A DNA stretch of 64,000 nucleotides from Lophium mytilinum (taxonomy: Eukaryota). Positions 61,012 through 64,000 of the stretch are shown piece after piece; within the stretch, counting starts at the first letter, position 1, and every line of letters starts with the position of its first letter. The notes under the pieces are model-generated. The model was not told the origin of the DNA. It did not search any database and saw only the letters and a program-made list of their open reading frames with translations. The stretch spans positions 682,001 to 746,000 of the forward strand of contig MU004183.1 of assembly GCA_010093605.1 (NCBI GenBank). The letters run 5' to 3'. Position numbers and translations under genes: made by a program.

Positions 61012-61933
61012 ATGGCCGTAGGAAACGCCAGCACCTCGTCCGAGATCCCCACATGGAGCCTTGAGGGCAAGGTGGCCGTTGTCACCGGCTCAGGTGAGAG
61101 ATCCTGATATCAAACATGTCTATCTCGAGACTGACCAAACCACAGGCCGCGGCATTGGAAAGGCGATGGCTCTGGAGCTCGCCAAGCGCGGCGCAAAGGT
61201 TGTCGTCAACTACGCCAACACCATCGAGGGCGCCGAGGAGACCGTCAAGGAGATCAAGAAGCTGGGCTCCGACGCGATTGCCATCAAGGCCAACGTTGCC
61301 AACGTCCAGGAGACCATCAAGCTCATGGACGAGACCGTCAAGCACTTCGGCAAGCTCGACATCTGCTGCTCCAACTCCGGTGTTGTGTCTTTCGGCCATC
61401 TCAAGGATGTCACCGAGGAGGAGTACGACCGCGTCATGAGCATCAACACCCGTGGCCAGTTCTTCGTTGCCCGCGAGGCCTACAAGCACATGGAGGTCGG
61501 CGGCCGCATTATCCTCATGGGCTCCATCACCGGCCAGGCCAAGGGCGTGCCAAAGCACACTCTGTACTCCGGCAGCAAGGGCACGATTGAGACTTTCGTC
61601 CGCTGCATGGCCATCGGTACGCTCCCCATCATCCCCAAATCCTGAGCACCCAACTAACAACTTTTAGACTGCGGCGACAAGAAGATTACCGTCAACTGTG
61701 TCGCCCCCGGCGGCATCAAGACCGACATGTACCACGCCGTGTGCAAGGAGTACATTCCCGGAGGAGACAAGATGAACAACGACGAGGTCGACGAGTACGC
61801 CGCCACCTGGTCGCCGATGAACCGCGTCGGCCAGCCCATCGACATTGCGCGCGTCGTCGCCTTCCTCGCCTCCCAGGATGGCGAGTGGGTCAACGGCAAG
61901 GTCATCGGCATCGATGGCGCCGCCTGCATGTAA
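61012..61933 (+). CDS. BRN1: Trihydroxynaphthalene reductase (SDR), 272 aa
   Basis: Exons 61012-61093, 61146-61616 and 61668-61933. [61 protein letters not shown]. Confidence 0.95.
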
Positions 61934-63464
61934 ATGCCTAACGACCCCTCTCATGCCCATCACGACATCTTCGTCACCGCTTCTCCCCCCGGCGACTCAT
62001 AGGAACCGGATATCAACCCCGACTCTCCCCACGACCTTCTCGAGGGTACCATCAACTACTCTCCCCCCTTGCCTGAACCTCGTGCTTTAGCTAGCGCGAG
62101 GCCTGGTCCTGCATGCTATTACTGACTAGAAGGATTCTCTGGGAGACTTCCGGTGCAGCACTAGTTGGCGTTTGATTTATATGCTCTTTACCGAGATTTA
62201 GCTAGCTCGACGGTGCGAAATGAAAGAAACCGTCAATACCCCTATTCTGTCCTGCTCGCTTGTTCCTGCCGTGCATGTGAGTGTGACCATGGTCCTGTGG
62301 AGGAGTCTAGTGAGTTTGGCTCCAGGGTAAGAAATTTGGTTCAATGTGGTATGTATGGGCTAGTTGCTTTGGCTGTTGTGGTTAACTGACTCTGCATAGT
62401 CGAATGGTGTTGCACTGAGCACTTGTGTAGCTGGCACGGTACGATTGCGGCTCTAGACCTGCGTTGGTGGAGCTAGGGTTTGGACAGAGTGGTTCAGTGA
62501 GACGTCTGGTTTGAGTTGGCGAGTTCCTAGCTTACCGTAATTTGTGATCGGGCTAATGCGGTCGAAACAGTGTTAGGGGAAAGGGACAGCCATGGGTGAG
62601 AAACGTCAGCGAAAGAATGGTTTTGGAGACTGGCTAGCAAGATTGGGATTTTTGCAAGTTGCTGGGTTAGGAATGGTGGTTGGGGTGAGGAATGCGGATA
62701 GGAGGTTTGTTGCGGTGAGTTCACGTGACTAGTTTTACGATAAGACTATCTGACAGCGTCGAAAGCTATACATGGAGTTGATTTCGGGAAGGAATATTAA
62801 TGCCTGCTGTTAGCGCGGAGACCGGTATCAAAAGTGTACGCATTCTGCATGTGTTTATCTCCTTTCGATATATTATAGCTGTCGTAAGTAAGCTCAAAAA
62901 GTGTCGAGGTGAGACGATATCTGTCTTCTAGTTTCCTTGAAACCCCTTCGATTTCCGACCACGCTCGCATGGCAGAAGACAGTCGTAGCTTGTAGGCAAG
63001 CGTCGTAATAGCTGAGCTTGTGCTACGCCTCCAACCGTGTTACCCCGGATTACTCTCTAATCTTCTGGTTCCCACCTCTTCCTTGAGACTGAGACGATTC
63101 GCTGCACAAGTATGGTGGCATCCTTCGAGTCTCGTAGGCCTTATGTGTAGCTTCTACTTTAAGTCAACTGGAGGGGTCGGTCGTAGAATTTGGAGGTCTG
63201 AAATTGCGAGACGAGGGAGAAGAAGCGGAACTGCCATGCTCTCAGCATCTGCTCCCTATATCTCTTCTGTTGAGCTTAGACATCGCTGACCCTGCTGTAT
63301 AGAAAACTACATAATCAAGCTGTGTGAATCACGTGATATGCGAACAGACCGTTGTCGCGATGATCTCGACTTTCATTCACTCCACCACCGAAATGGCTCG
63401 TTTCTTTCTGCCAACTCACGACGTTCAACAATGACTCAATCCTCCACCTTACAAGTTCTTCAAG

Positions 63465-64000
63465 ATGGGCCGCAAGACAAACGTTGAGGAGTTCCTAGTC
63501 GACCTACGCTCAAGGCATCCCAAGTTGCGGTCCGCGCAGGATGTGCAGGAAGCCATTGGTGAAGGAAGTATCCAAAATGCAGTCATAGACTGTGTGCGCT
63601 ATCTCGAACTTGAGTGGGCATGCGATGGAGAATGGGGCGTTCATCTGAAGTTCCGCGTAAGTACTGATATCCCATGGACTGTTCTTTCCCTAATTGGTCT
63701 TAGAGTGGCCCGTTCCGTGACGCCGTAAGACTATGTTTACAAGGACAACCTCCTCGCCACCAGTTCGCATCCTTTCTTCGCAGCCTACCGACCTGGGATG
63801 GAGATGCAGAAAAGGCGAAATACCTCGTGTCCGTGCTTACTACCGACGATCGGCGTGTCTTCGATCTTCATGACACGACGGGACTACAGTCTTTCGTTGC
63901 CTACCTCGCGGTCTTGAAAAATGCTCTGTCTTCTCCTACCGGCAGTTTGCGCCCGCCGCGGTTGTCTGATGAAGCTCTACGGGATCAGCTAGAATCAGGA
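63465..64000 (+). CDS. 5' part of hypothetical protein, runs off the window
   Basis: Exon 63465-63656, intron 63657-63703 (GTAAGT...CTAAT...TAG), then a frame open to the window end. The true start may be the in-frame ATG at 63393. Confidence 0.6.

Noticed and set aside
61082..61660. 192-aa antisense ORF over BRN1
   Set aside because: Typical antisense shadow of a strongly codon-biased SDR gene.

Overview
Fungal (Pezizomycotina, most likely Dothideomycete) genomic DNA with short spliceosomal introns. The right two-thirds holds a DHN-melanin-type cluster: prefoldin-3, a non-reducing PKS1, a ~20 kb divergent intergenic region, a CMR1/AMR1-type regulator and a BRN1/THR1-type reductase. A 3.9 kb RIP-mutated Tc1/mariner (DD34E) element with 135-bp TIRs sits between PKS1 and CMR1. 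The left part holds the 3' end of a USP, three orphan genes that share domains and an intron position and are interleaved with degenerate non-coding repeat arrays, a crotonase-fold pseudogene, BNA6, a Zn2Cys6 TF and a Tna1/Dal5-family MFS. The most striking unannotated signal is in the 2 kb between PFD3 and PKS1. It shows base-pairing in the order expected of a filamentous-fungal telomerase RNA: enclosing helix, template-like motif, crossing pseudoknot helices, CR4/5-like three-way junction and a terminal GTAAGT. Its template-like motif, CCCCTGACCCCT, would predict a non-canonical telomere repeat. All gene models were spliced by eye and no searches were run.
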